This document shows positions 1 through 8,050 of a DNA stretch of 56,298 nucleotides, piece by piece. Position 1 is the stretch's first letter. Every line of letters begins with the position of its first letter. The notes under the pieces were generated by a model. It searched no databases, was not told the DNA's origin, and worked only from the letters and a program-made list of their open reading frames with translations. The stretch spans positions 1-56,298 of the forward strand of contig CASGDD010000040.1 of the NCBI GenBank assembly GCA_949300115.1. The letters run 5' to 3'. The translations under genes and the position numbers were made by a program. Source of the stretch: an uncultured Oscillospiraceae bacterium. Lineage in GTDB: Bacteria > Bacillota > Clostridia > Oscillospirales > Ruminococcaceae.

Positions 1-1
1 C

Positions 2-625
2 GCTGTGATCTGCATCTCCGACCCGCTGCGGGAGGAGGCGAAGGAAGTTCTGTCCACCCTCCGTGCTCTGGGGGTCACCAATACCGTCATGCTCACCGGC
101 GACAGTTACCGCACCGCCGCAGCCATTGCCGCCCAGGTGGGCGTGGATGACTTCCGCGCTGGAGTCCTTCCGGCGGACAAGGCGGCGTATGTGGCCCGGC
201 TCCGCCGGGAGGGGCATACCGTTTTGATGGTGGGCGACGGCATCAACGACTCCCCGGCCCTGTCCGAGGCGGACGCGGGCATCGCCATCAGCGACGGGGC
301 CGCCATCGCCCGGGAGATCGCCGACATCACCATCGCCGCCGACAGCCTCTGGGAGCTGGTGGAGCTGCGCCGGATTGCCATGGCGCTGATGGCGCGCATC
401 CACGCCAACTATCGCTTTGTCATAGGCTTCAACGGCGTCCTGATCGCCCTCGGTGTGGCCGGAGTCCTGCCGCCCGCCACCTCCGCCACGCTGCACAACC
501 TCTCCACCCTGGGCGTCAGCCTGCGGAGCATGAGCCGGCTGGCGACGGCGGGGAGGGCGGCGCGAGGGGTGCCCGGCTCGGATCCACGGGCACCTTCCCT
601 GCCGGCGCCCGGACAGGAGAGATAA
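2..625 (+). CDS. Heavy-metal translocating P-type (P1B) ATPase, C-terminal fragment; 5' end lies outside the window
   Basis: ORF is open to the window edge. Translation shows VMLTGD and the hinge motif GDGINDSPAL, followed by two hydrophobic helices, as in CadA/ZntA/CopA-type pumps. Confidence 0.85.
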   Translation, partial: AVICISDPLREEAKEVLSTLRALGVTNTVMLTGDSYRTAAAIAAQVGVDDFRAGVLPADKAAYVARLRREGHTVLMVGDGINDSPALSEADAGIAISDGAAIAREIADITIAADSLWELVELRRIAMALMARIHANYRFVIGFNGVLIALGVAGVLPPATSATLHNLSTLGVSLRSMSRLATAGRAARGVPGSDPRAPSLPAPGQER

Positions 626-690
626 CCTGCAAAAACCTCGCAGGCCGGCGCGCACCGCGCCGTTTGGGTAGAATATCCCCATCGAAACGG

Positions 691-709
691 CGCGGCGAAC
701 CGCGTTTTT
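691..709 (+). terminator. Possible intrinsic terminator after the ATPase gene
   Basis: CGCGG-CGAA-CCGCG hairpin followed by TTTTT, about 66 nt after the stop codon. The stem is short. Confidence 0.4.
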
Positions 710-801
710 GCCTGCGATCCCCGCAAGGAGGAAATACGGCAGAAAAACCTGTAGGGAGCGGACGACACCCATCGCAGAAGGGGGAAAGCGACCGATTCCA
801 T

Positions 802-834
802 ACCGCAATCCATCGGGGGTTGCGGTTCTTTTTT
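802..834 (+). terminator. Intrinsic terminator-like hairpin with no obvious cognate ORF
   Basis: ACCGCAA-N11-TTGCGGT followed by TCTTTTTT. Confidence 0.5.
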
Positions 835-1023
835 CGACATCCCTTGTCGCGCTGCCGAATTGTGCCACGCGCCTGTTATCCCCGGCCGGCCGCGGGCTCC
901 ATGCGTTGGATGGACAGCTTCCCGATGGCGCGAATGGCCCGCCGGGCAGGGTATGGCAGAGGGCGGTGGGGCGAAAATGGGCAGGCACGCCTGCGAATCG
1001 GCAGATTAAAAATTCCTCATAAC

Positions 1024-1061
1024 AAGAGTCCTCCTCCCGGCTCGGCGGAAGGAGGACTCTT
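1024..1061 (-). terminator. Hairpin downstream of the DUF378 gene (possible terminator)
   Basis: 11-bp stem AAGAGTCCTCC/GGAGGACTCTT, 38 nt past the minus-strand stop. A TTTTT run follows on the minus strand after a 9-nt gap. Confidence 0.45.
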
Positions 1062-1098
1062 GCGGTTATGCCGTTCTAAACGGTGCCGCATCCTGCGG

Positions 1099-1308
1099 CT
1101 ATTCCATCATTTCGCGGTGCTCGCGCTCCTTAAAGAGCAGCGAGATGCACCAGATACCGGCGATGGCGACGAGGGTGTAGACGACACGGCTGATCATGGC
1201 GGCCTGGCCGCCGAACATCCAGGCGACGATGTCGAAGCTGAGCAGCCCGATGCTCCCCCAGTTGAGTGCGCCGATGATGACGAGGATCAGTGCAATTTTA
1301 TCGATCAT
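1099..1308 (-). CDS. DUF378 (YuzA-like) small membrane protein
   Basis: 69-aa ORF. The IALILVIIGALNWGSIGLL...VYTLVAIAGIW two-helix pattern is characteristic of DUF378. Confidence 0.85.
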   Translation of the reverse strand: MIDKIALILVIIGALNWGSIGLLSFDIVAWMFGGQAAMISRVVYTLVAIAGIWCISLLFKEREHREMME

Positions 1309-1430
1309 CCTGTTTCCAACTCCTTTGGTTTGGGTGGGCGCGGGGATGGCCGCGATCCACCGGGATGCGCGTTCGCATGGCTAGTATGCCCGATGGAAGG
1401 GGCGTTGATGCATTCCGTGCAAAACACCGC

Positions 1431-1460
1431 TTGTCGCTGCCGCCCGGCATGTGCTATCAT
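1431..1460 (+). promoter_or_regulatory. Putative sigma-A promoter for the PHP-domain gene
   Basis: TTGTCG, 18-nt spacer, then extended -10 TGcTATCAT. Lies about 60 nt upstream of the ATG at 1519. Confidence 0.4.
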
Positions 1461-1518
1461 AAACATGATTTTTATATTTGTTTCGATATTTTGTGCAGGC
1501 AACGGAGTGACGATACCC

Positions 1519-2322
1519 ATGCAGACGATTGTGGAAACCCATATGCACACCCACCATTCCCCCGACGCGGTCGACACGGTCGACGCCATCTGTCGGGCGG
1601 CCCTTGCGAAGGGGCTGCGCACGGTCACCATCACCGACCACTGTGACATGGACCTCTGGGACAAGCAGGGTACCCAATATACCCTGCGGCAGTCGATCGA
1701 GGAAACCCGGGCGGCCGCCGAGCGTTACCGCGGCCGGCTGGAGGTGCTCACCGGCATCGAGCTGGGCGAACCGCTCGACTCCCCCGACCGGGGCGCGCGG
1801 GCGCTGGCGATGGCCGACTACGACCTGGTGATCTGCTCGATCCACAGCGAGCCGGGACTCGGGGATTACTACTATCTGCCCGATCCGCTGGGCGACCCCC
1901 ATCCGCTGCTCGAGCGCTACTTCCGTTTTGTGCTGCGGCATGTCGAATGGGGCCGGTTCGATACCCTTGCCCATCTGACCTACCCGCTGCGGTATATCGT
2001 CGGCGACCGGGGGATTCCGGTGGATCTTCGCCGCTTTGACGACCACTGCGACGCCATCTTCAGGGCGCTGATCGAAAAGGGCATCGCGCTCGAGCTCAAT
2101 ACCTCCGGCTGGTTCCAGCGGTATGGCCGGTCCCTGCCCGACGAACGGCTGCTCCGCCGCTACCGGGAGTTGGGCGGCGAGCTGCTCACCATCGGTTCGG
2201 ATGCCCATCGGGCGGGCGATGTCGGCCGGGGGATCGAACGGGGACAGGCGCTCGCCCGCGCGGTCGGATTTACCCATTTTGTCTACTATCGCGGCCGCCA
2301 GCCGGTGCGGGTGGCGCTCTAG
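1519..2322 (+). CDS. PHP-domain histidinol-phosphatase (HisJ) family protein
   Basis: In-frame ATG at 1519 with GGAG upstream. N-terminal THMHTHHS metal-binding motif and TDH/GSDAH motifs match the PHP family. The 552-aa ORF-track extension upstream is rejected. Confidence 0.75.
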   Translation: MQTIVETHMHTHHSPDAVDTVDAICRAALAKGLRTVTITDHCDMDLWDKQGTQYTLRQSIEETRAAAERYRGRLEVLTGIELGEPLDSPDRGARALAMADYDLVICSIHSEPGLGDYYYLPDPLGDPHPLLERYFRFVLRHVEWGRFDTLAHLTYPLRYIVGDRGIPVDLRRFDDHCDAIFRALIEKGIALELNTSGWFQRYGRSLPDERLLRRYRELGGELLTIGSDAHRAGDVGRGIERGQALARAVGFTHFVYYRGRQPVRVAL

Positions 2323-2349
2323 CGAAGGAAAGAAAAGGAGGCGGCGCCC

Positions 2350-3489
2350 ATGCGCCCGCAGGTCAGTATCCGAAAAACGGCAACTTATGAGCAGACGGTG
2401 GTACGCCGGTCGATCGAGCGGCATCTCGAGGCGCTCGGCGTGTGGGAGGAGCTTCGGCCGGGCATGAAGGTGCTGCTCAAGCCCAATCTGCTGATGAGCA
2501 GACGGCCCGAGGAGGCGACCACCACCCATCCGGCGCTGGTTGCCGCCCTCATCGAGCTGCTACGGGAGAGGGATATCACCGATATCACCCTGGCCGACAG
2601 CCCGGGCGGTCCCTACAGCCGGGCGCTGCTGGGCGCCATCTACCGGACAACCGGGATGGATGCGGCGGCTGCGCGGGGGGCGACGCTCAACGAGGATACC
2701 GCGGCGGGAGAGCGAAACTGCCCGGAGGGGCGGGTCTGCCACCGCTTTGATCTCATCGCGCCGGTGCTCGAAGCCGATTATATCATCTCGCTGCCCAAGC
2801 TCAAGACCCATGGGATGACCCTGCTGTCGGGGGCGGTCAAAAACCTCTTCGGCTGCATCCCCGGCCTGCTCAAGGCGGAGATGCACAACCGCTATCCCGA
2901 GCTCGAACCGTTTGCCGGCATGCTGCTCGACCTCTGCCAGACGGTGCGGCCGAATCTGACGATCGTCGACGCGGTGGTCGGCATGGAGGGGGACGGCCCG
3001 TCGGGCGGCACGCCCCGGCAGATCGGGCTGACCCTGGCCGCCCGCAATCCCTACGCGCTCGATCTGGTCCTTGCGGCGCTGATCGGACTCAGGCCGCGAC
3101 AGGTGCCCACCGTCCGCCAGTCGATCGAGCGCGGCCTTGCCCCCGACAGCCTGGAGGGGCTCGACCTGATCGGAGAGCCGGAAGCCTTCCGGCCGATGGC
3201 GGATTTCCAAAAACCCGCCTCCCGGGCGGTCGACTTCTCCTCCCATGTCCCCGCGCCATTGGCGGCGCTGGCCCGCCGGCTGCTCGGGCGGCTGGTCGCG
3301 CCCCGTCCGCGGGTGCAGCCCGACCGCTGTGTCGGCTGTGGACGCTGTGCCGAGGCCTGCCCGATGCACACCATCACGATCGAACACCGCCGGGCGGTCA
3401 TCCACAGCCGCGGCTGTATCCAATGTTTCTGCTGCCACGAGCTCTGCCCCGCCAGGGCCATTGTTATCAAGAAAGGGTGGATTCGATGA
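2350..3489 (+). CDS. DUF362 domain protein fused to a C-terminal 2x[4Fe-4S] ferredoxin domain
   Basis: AAGGAGG RBS. KVLLKPNL...HPALV DUF362-like N-terminus. C-terminus has CVGCGRCAEACP and CIQCFCCHELCP cluster motifs. Confidence 0.8.
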   Translation: MRPQVSIRKTATYEQTVVRRSIERHLEALGVWEELRPGMKVLLKPNLLMSRRPEEATTTHPALVAALIELLRERDITDITLADSPGGPYSRALLGAIYRTTGMDAAAARGATLNEDTAAGERNCPEGRVCHRFDLIAPVLEADYIISLPKLKTHGMTLLSGAVKNLFGCIPGLLKAEMHNRYPELEPFAGMLLDLCQTVRPNLTIVDAVVGMEGDGPSGGTPRQIGLTLAARNPYALDLVLAALIGLRPRQVPTVRQSIERGLAPDSLEGLDLIGEPEAFRPMADFQKPASRAVDFSSHVPAPLAALARRLLGRLVAPRPRVQPDRCVGCGRCAEACPMHTITIEHRRAVIHSRGCIQCFCCHELCPARAIVIKKGWIR

Positions 3490-4367
3490 AACGTATCATC
3501 CTGACCGCACCCGCCAAGGTGAATCTGACCCTCGATGTGGTCGGCACCCGGTCGGACGGCTACCATCTGGTCGACACCATCCTGCAGACGGTGGGGCTGC
3601 ACGATACGCTGACCTTCACCCGCACCGACCGCCCGGTCGAGATCCATTGCAGCCTGCCCGAGCTGGAGGGGGAGGGGAATCTGGCGGCCCGGGCGGCGCA
3701 GGCGCTCTGCCGGACGGTGGCGCGCCCCTATGACGGCTTTACCCTTGAGATCGAGAAGGTGATCCCGATGCAGGCGGGTCTGGGCGGCGGCAGCGCCGAC
3801 GCGGCGGCTGCGCTGGTGGGCCTCAATCTGCTGTGGGAACTGCATCTGCCGCTCGAGCGGCTGTGCGCAATCGGCGCGGAGGTCGGCGCCGATGTCCCCT
3901 TCCTCGTGCGGGGCGGGACGGCGCGTGCGCGCGGCATTGGGGAAGAGCTCGAGCCGCTCGATCCGATGCCGGAGGTCTGGTTGGTCATCCAGAAGCCGCC
4001 CATCGGGATGGAGACCGCCCGCGCCTTCAAGCTGTACGATGCCTGTACCCCCGCCGTCCGGCCGGATACCGACCGGATGGTCTCGGCCATCGCCGCCCGC
4101 GACCTGCGCCAGGTGGCCGAAGGGCTCTGCAACCGGATGGAGATCGTCTGTGAGGGGACAGAAATCCCCGCCATCAAGCGGGCGATGCGGGAGGCTGGCG
4201 CCCTCGGCTGCGCGATGACCGGCAGCGGCACCGCCGTCTTCGGCCTCTTCCCCTCCAAGGAGGCGGCCCGGTCGGCGCTGGAACGGCTCGATCGGGGGAT
4301 GGGCGCGCTCTATCTGACCCGCACCCATCCGTACGGCCCCACCCTTCTCGCCCGGCAGACCGGATGA
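3486..4367 (+). CDS. ispE: 4-diphosphocytidyl-2-C-methyl-D-erythritol kinase
   Basis: APAKVNLTLDV start and GHMP-kinase motif PMQAGLGGGSADAAA. The ATG overlaps the upstream stop (ATGA). Confidence 0.9.
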   Translation: MKRIILTAPAKVNLTLDVVGTRSDGYHLVDTILQTVGLHDTLTFTRTDRPVEIHCSLPELEGEGNLAARAAQALCRTVARPYDGFTLEIEKVIPMQAGLGGGSADAAAALVGLNLLWELHLPLERLCAIGAEVGADVPFLVRGGTARARGIGEELEPLDPMPEVWLVIQKPPIGMETARAFKLYDACTPAVRPDTDRMVSAIAARDLRQVAEGLCNRMEIVCEGTEIPAIKRAMREAGALGCAMTGSGTAVFGLFPSKEAARSALERLDRGMGALYLTRTHPYGPTLLARQTG

Positions 4368-4390
4368 GGGGGATCTTTTGACCGGACACC

Positions 4391-4419
4391 GCATAATCCG
4401 CCGCCGCATGGGCATGCTA
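4391..4419 (+). promoter_or_regulatory. Sigma-F-like forespore promoter upstream of spoIIR
   Basis: GCATA, 15-nt spacer, GGCATGCTA. Compared with the recalled B. subtilis sigma-F consensus GCATR-N15-GGHRARHTX there is one mismatch. Ends 38 nt before the ATG. Confidence 0.4.
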
Positions 4420-4456
4420 TCGATACCAGCTTTACCATGCGGAGGGGGACGGAAGA

Positions 4457-5104
4457 ATGCGAAACAACAAACAACGGACGCTGATGACCATCAGCCTGCT
4501 CGTGGCGCTGATCCTTTCGATTGCGGCGGGCAGCATGGGACAGTTTGCCGCCCAATGCGAGACGGTGCGGGCGAACACCCTGCGGCTGCACATTCTGGCC
4601 CATTCGGATGATCCGGCCGACCAGCAGCTCAAGCTGCGGGTGCGCGACCGCATCCTTGCCGAGAGCGGCCGGCTGTTTGCGGGGGGCGCAACCGCCGAGG
4701 AGGCGGCGGCCATTGCCGACAGTCATCTCGCGGAGATCGAAGCGGTTGTCCGGGATGAGCTCGAAAAACAGGGCAGCAGCCAGACGGTGCGGGCCGAACG
4801 GGTGCGGATGTATTTTACCACCCGCCGGTACGACGGCTTCACCCTGCCGGCCGGCATGTATGAGGCGGTGCGGATCACCCTCGGGGAGGGCAAGGGGCAC
4901 AACTGGTGGTGCGTCCTCTTCCCGCCGCTCTGTCTCGGCGCGTCGGCCGAATCGCTCGAGGTCTTCGGCGATGCCGCCGATCTGGTTGCCGATAGCGGGC
5001 GCTATGCGCTGCGGTTTAAATGCGTCGAGTGGTTTGAAGGCATCCGCCAGGCCCTCGCGGGATCGGACGGGGCGCGCGAGGCGGAACCGGCCGGCGGCTC
5101 GTAA
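4457..5104 (+). CDS. spoIIR: Stage II sporulation protein R
   Basis: N-terminal signal/TM segment, LRLHILAHSD, and the HNWWCVLFPPLC motif typical of SpoIIR. GGAGGGGG RBS. Confidence 0.85.
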   Translation: MRNNKQRTLMTISLLVALILSIAAGSMGQFAAQCETVRANTLRLHILAHSDDPADQQLKLRVRDRILAESGRLFAGGATAEEAAAIADSHLAEIEAVVRDELEKQGSSQTVRAERVRMYFTTRRYDGFTLPAGMYEAVRITLGEGKGHNWWCVLFPPLCLGASAESLEVFGDAADLVADSGRYALRFKCVEWFEGIRQALAGSDGAREAEPAGGS

Positions 5105-5192
5105 GCTGCGGCGGCGCCGGATGGCCGCTGCGAAGGGGACCGTATGGCCCATCCCCCATCTGCCGCGGGGGCTGTTCTTTTGCGGGAGGATG

Positions 5193-5201
5193 TGTTATGA
5201 T
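5193..5201 (+). promoter_or_regulatory. Extended -10 element (TGtTATGAT)
   Basis: TGtTATGAT lies 54 nt upstream of the ATG at 5255. The -35 is weak. Confidence 0.35.
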
Positions 5202-5254
5202 GGGGGCAGGAAACCGGAGGGCGGATAGCCCGCCTGGCGAAAGGGGATGTTAGG

Positions 5255-5575
5255 ATGCGCAGGATGTTGTCACTGCTCGTCGGGCTGTGTGCCCTCTGTC
5301 TGGCGGTGGGGGCGCTGTGGCCCCGGTTGGCCCCGTCCATCTGCCGCGAACTGACGCGGATGGGCAGGGAGAAGACCGCCCACAGGCTGACCGCCCGCTG
5401 GCAGGAGGGACAGGCGATGGCCGGGCGGATCACCGCGCGGCTGCGCCGGATCGATGGATCGGTGCTGCTGCGGCTGGCTTCGGTGGTCAGCCGGTTGCTG
5501 ATGACGGCGGCCGGTTCGGCCGGCCGGATGCTTGCCGGACGATGGGCGGAAAGCTGTCGGAGGAAAGTTTCATAG
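5255..5575 (+). CDS. Hypothetical small protein with N-terminal hydrophobic segment and Arg-rich C-terminus
   Basis: 106-aa ORF with an AAAGGGGA RBS, a candidate -10 upstream and a perfect 11-bp terminator 13 nt downstream. I recognise no family. Confidence 0.45.
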   Translation: MRRMLSLLVGLCALCLAVGALWPRLAPSICRELTRMGREKTAHRLTARWQEGQAMAGRITARLRRIDGSVLLRLASVVSRLLMTAAGSAGRMLAGRWAESCRRKVS

Positions 5576-5587
5576 TGCGCAGGATGC

Positions 5588-5618
5588 AAACGGCCGGGCC
5601 AAGCTGCCCGGCCGTTTT
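5588..5618. terminator. Bidirectional intrinsic terminator
   Basis: Perfect 11-bp stem AAACGGCCGGG/CCCGGCCGTTT with an 8-nt loop, A-run on the 5' side and T-run on the 3' side. Sits between convergent genes. Confidence 0.7.
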
Positions 5619-5691
5619 GGCGTGGTGGGGGCGATGCGGCAAATCGGTTTTTGAAAACGTCAGATTCTCTACAGACCATCCGCCGCCGCGC

Positions 5692-6348
5692 TCATCCGAG
5701 CTGGCAGAGGGCCAGCAGCATCAGCAGCACCCCGCCCATCCAGCTGAGATCGTGGTGGAAACGGCAGGCGAGCCGGTTGCCGAGGGCACAGCCCCCCAGG
5801 ACGGCGGCCATGCCCATCCCAAGGGAGAGCAGGGCGGTTTCGAAGGGCGGGATAGCACTCATCGCCGCGCCAAAGCCGACCGCCAGCCCATCGAGGGAGA
5901 GGGCGACGGCCAGCCAGACCGCTTCGGCGGGGGAGAGCGCACCCGAGGCATCCCGGTCGGCCGCCTCGGGATCGGCGTAGATTTCGAGAAAGAGATGGAG
6001 ACGGAGGGCGGAAAAGCGCAGCTGACGGCGGAGCGGATGGCGGCGGATATAGGATTTAAGCGCGCGGCCGCCGAGCCCCAGCAGTCCCAACAGGAAGAGC
6101 AACAGGGCGCCGAGGATATGGGGGAGCCCGGCCGGCAGCAGCGGGCGCACGAGGGCGCCTGACCCCAGTGAGAGCAGGAGAAAGCCGGTACAGATCAGGT
6201 CGAGCAGGACGGCCGACAGCGGGGGGATTCGGATGTGACCGGCGCCGTAGGCGAAGCAGGCGGCGAAGGCGTCGACCGAGAGGGCGGTCACAAGCAGCAG
6301 CGATTCGAGGGGAAGATGGGAGAGCAGCGTAGGATCATCACCTTTCAA
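5692..6348 (-). CDS. ytaF: Sporulation membrane protein YtaF (MntP/DUF204-type fold)
   Basis: LLLVTALSVDAFAACFAYG and a duplicated LSLDGLAVGFG motif, multi-TM. TTG start preceded by GGGGGAG. Confidence 0.75.
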   Translation of the reverse strand: MKGDDPTLLSHLPLESLLLVTALSVDAFAACFAYGAGHIRIPPLSAVLLDLICTGFLLLSLGSGALVRPLLPAGLPHILGALLLFLLGLLGLGGRALKSYIRRHPLRRQLRFSALRLHLFLEIYADPEAADRDASGALSPAEAVWLAVALSLDGLAVGFGAAMSAIPPFETALLSLGMGMAAVLGGCALGNRLACRFHHDLSWMGGVLLMLLALCQLG

Positions 6349-6504
6349 GCGGGCATCTCCCCCATCCTATGCGGCTTCTGCCCGGAAGGATCGGGCTGTC
6401 CCGCCCGCCCACATGCAGCCCGAAAAGGATCCCCGGAGGCGCTCGGTCCAGGGATAGCGGCAGGAAAATTTAAAATTTGATGATGTTTGCGGCGCCGTCC
6501 GGTG

Positions 6505-6510
6505 TATAAT
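6505..6510 (+). promoter_or_regulatory. Perfect TATAAT -10 box upstream of ispD
   Basis: TATAAT lies 35 nt upstream of the preferred ispD start. It overlaps the ORF-track ATG at 6509, which argues against that start. Confidence 0.35.
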
Positions 6511-6544
6511 GGAAAAAACTGCGGCAATCGGAGGAGGCGGCCGG

Positions 6545-7282
6545 ATGGCACTTTGGAAGGAGACAGGACGGGCGGATGCCTGCGCGATGATTTTGGCGGC
6601 GGGCACCTCCAGCCGGATGGGATTCAACAAACAGCTCGCGGGGGTCGGCGCGGTGCCGGTGGTCATCCGCACGGCGCTGGCCTTCGAGGCTTCCGAGCGG
6701 ATCGGGGGGATTCTGCTTGTCACGCGGGGGGAGGATATCCCCGAGATCGGCCGGCTGGCGCGGGATTTCGGCCTCACCAAGCTGCTTGCGGTCGTATCGG
6801 GCGGGGAGACCCGCCAACAGTCGGCCATGCGGGGTGTCCGCGAGATCGATCCCGAGCGTTTCCCCTGGGTCGCGGTGCAGGACGGCGCCCGACCGCTGGT
6901 GACCCCCGATCTTATCGACCGGGTGCTCCTCGATGCCGGGCGGTTCGGCGCGGCGATTGCGGGGGTGCCGGTCAAGGATACCATCAAGCGGGTGGACGGT
7001 GACGGCCGGATCCTCGAGACGCTCGACCGCGCGGCCCTCTGGCAGGTGCAGACCCCCCAGGCCTTCCGCACCGCCGACTACCGGCAGGCGCTGGCCGAGG
7101 CGGCGCGGCTGCAGCTCGATTTTACCGACGACAGCCAGCTGTACGAGCGGCTGGGGCTGCCGGTTCATATGACGATGGGCGCCTACACCAACCTCAAGCT
7201 CACCACACCGGAGGATTTCGCTTTGGCTGAGGCGCTGGACGGGATGGATGCATGGATGGAACCGCGGGGAGGTGCGCGATGA
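6545..7282 (+). CDS. ispD: 2-C-methyl-D-erythritol 4-phosphate cytidylyltransferase
   Basis: [12 protein letters not shown]-loop-like motif and overall IspD layout. ATG at 6545 has a GGAGGAGG RBS. Confidence 0.9.
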   Translation: MALWKETGRADACAMILAAGTSSRMGFNKQLAGVGAVPVVIRTALAFEASERIGGILLVTRGEDIPEIGRLARDFGLTKLLAVVSGGETRQQSAMRGVREIDPERFPWVAVQDGARPLVTPDLIDRVLLDAGRFGAAIAGVPVKDTIKRVDGDGRILETLDRAALWQVQTPQAFRTADYRQALAEAARLQLDFTDDSQLYERLGLPVHMTMGAYTNLKLTTPEDFALAEALDGMDAWMEPRGGAR

Positions 7283-7764
7283 TGTTTCGAATCGGGCAGG
7301 GGTACGATGTCCACCGGCTGGCGGCAAACCGCCGGCTTGTGTTAGGTGGGGTGGTGATCCCCTGGGATCGGGGGCTGGACGGGCACTCGGACGCCGATGT
7401 GCTGGTACATGCGGTGATCGACAGCCTGCTGGGGGCGTTGGCACTGGGGGATATCGGCGCCCATTTTCCCGACAGCGACCCCGCCTACAAGGATATCGAC
7501 AGCCTGCGGCTGCTGCGGCATACCGCCCGGTTGATCGGGGAGAGGGGCTATCGGGTGGGCAATCTCGACGCGACGGTGATCGCCCAGGCCCCCAAGCTTG
7601 CCCCCCATATCCCCGCGATGCGCCGGCGGATCGCCGATGCGCTGGGAATTTCGCTCGAACAGGTGAGCGTCAAGGCAACGACCGAAGAGCACCTCGGCTT
7701 TACCGGCCGTGGGGAGGGAATGGCAGCCCAGGCGGTCTGTCTGCTTGTGCGCGCCGAAGGATAG
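7279..7764 (+). CDS. ispF: 2-C-methyl-D-erythritol 2,4-cyclodiphosphate synthase
   Basis: [22 protein letters not shown] and [10 protein letters not shown] motifs. The start overlaps the ispD stop. Confidence 0.95.
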   Translation: MMFRIGQGYDVHRLAANRRLVLGGVVIPWDRGLDGHSDADVLVHAVIDSLLGALALGDIGAHFPDSDPAYKDIDSLRLLRHTARLIGERGYRVGNLDATVIAQAPKLAPHIPAMRRRIADALGISLEQVSVKATTEEHLGFTGRGEGMAAQAVCLLVRAEG

Positions 7765-7819
7765 CCCCGCACACCCGCCGCCTCCCATCCGCATAGACTG
7801 GGGATGTGAGGTGATCAAA

Positions 7820-8050
7820 ATGGAGCGTGTCCGGCTAACCTTGTCATCGGTGACCTACGCGATGAAGGCCCAGAAGCTCTTGGAACGAAATGGACTGCAC
7901 ACGAGCGTCCAAAAGGCCCCGCTTTCCCCCGGCTCGAAGGGCTGCGGCTATGCCCTGACCGTCCGGATGGGGGAGGAGAGGGCGGCCAAAAACCTGCTTG
8001 CCCGCGCGGGCATCCGCGTACTCGGGGAAGGGCGGGTGCAGGACGGATGA
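7820..8050 (+). CDS. DUF3343 domain protein (putative S/Se-carrier-like)
   Basis: 76-aa ORF from the ATG at 7820 (GTGAGGTGA RBS). The pattern ...SVTYAMKAQKLLERNGL...GCGYAL resembles DUF3343. The stop overlaps the downstream ATG. Confidence 0.65.
   Translation: MERVRLTLSSVTYAMKAQKLLERNGLHTSVQKAPLSPGSKGCGYALTVRMGEERAAKNLLARAGIRVLGEGRVQDG

Noticed and set aside
664-1518. The N-terminal 285-codon extension of the PHP-domain ORF in the ORF track (552 aa total).
   Set aside because: The extension runs through two terminator hairpins, the opposite-strand DUF378 gene and the predicted promoter. PHP/HisJ proteins are about 260-270 aa, and the HxH motif begins right after the ATG at 1519.
6349-6420. 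A yybP-ykoY (Mn2+) riboswitch upstream of the MntP-fold ytaF gene.
   Set aside because: The only resemblance is a GGGGGAGAUGC tract, and that tract is the RBS directly abutting the TTG start. There is no room for an aptamer and the other conserved elements are absent.
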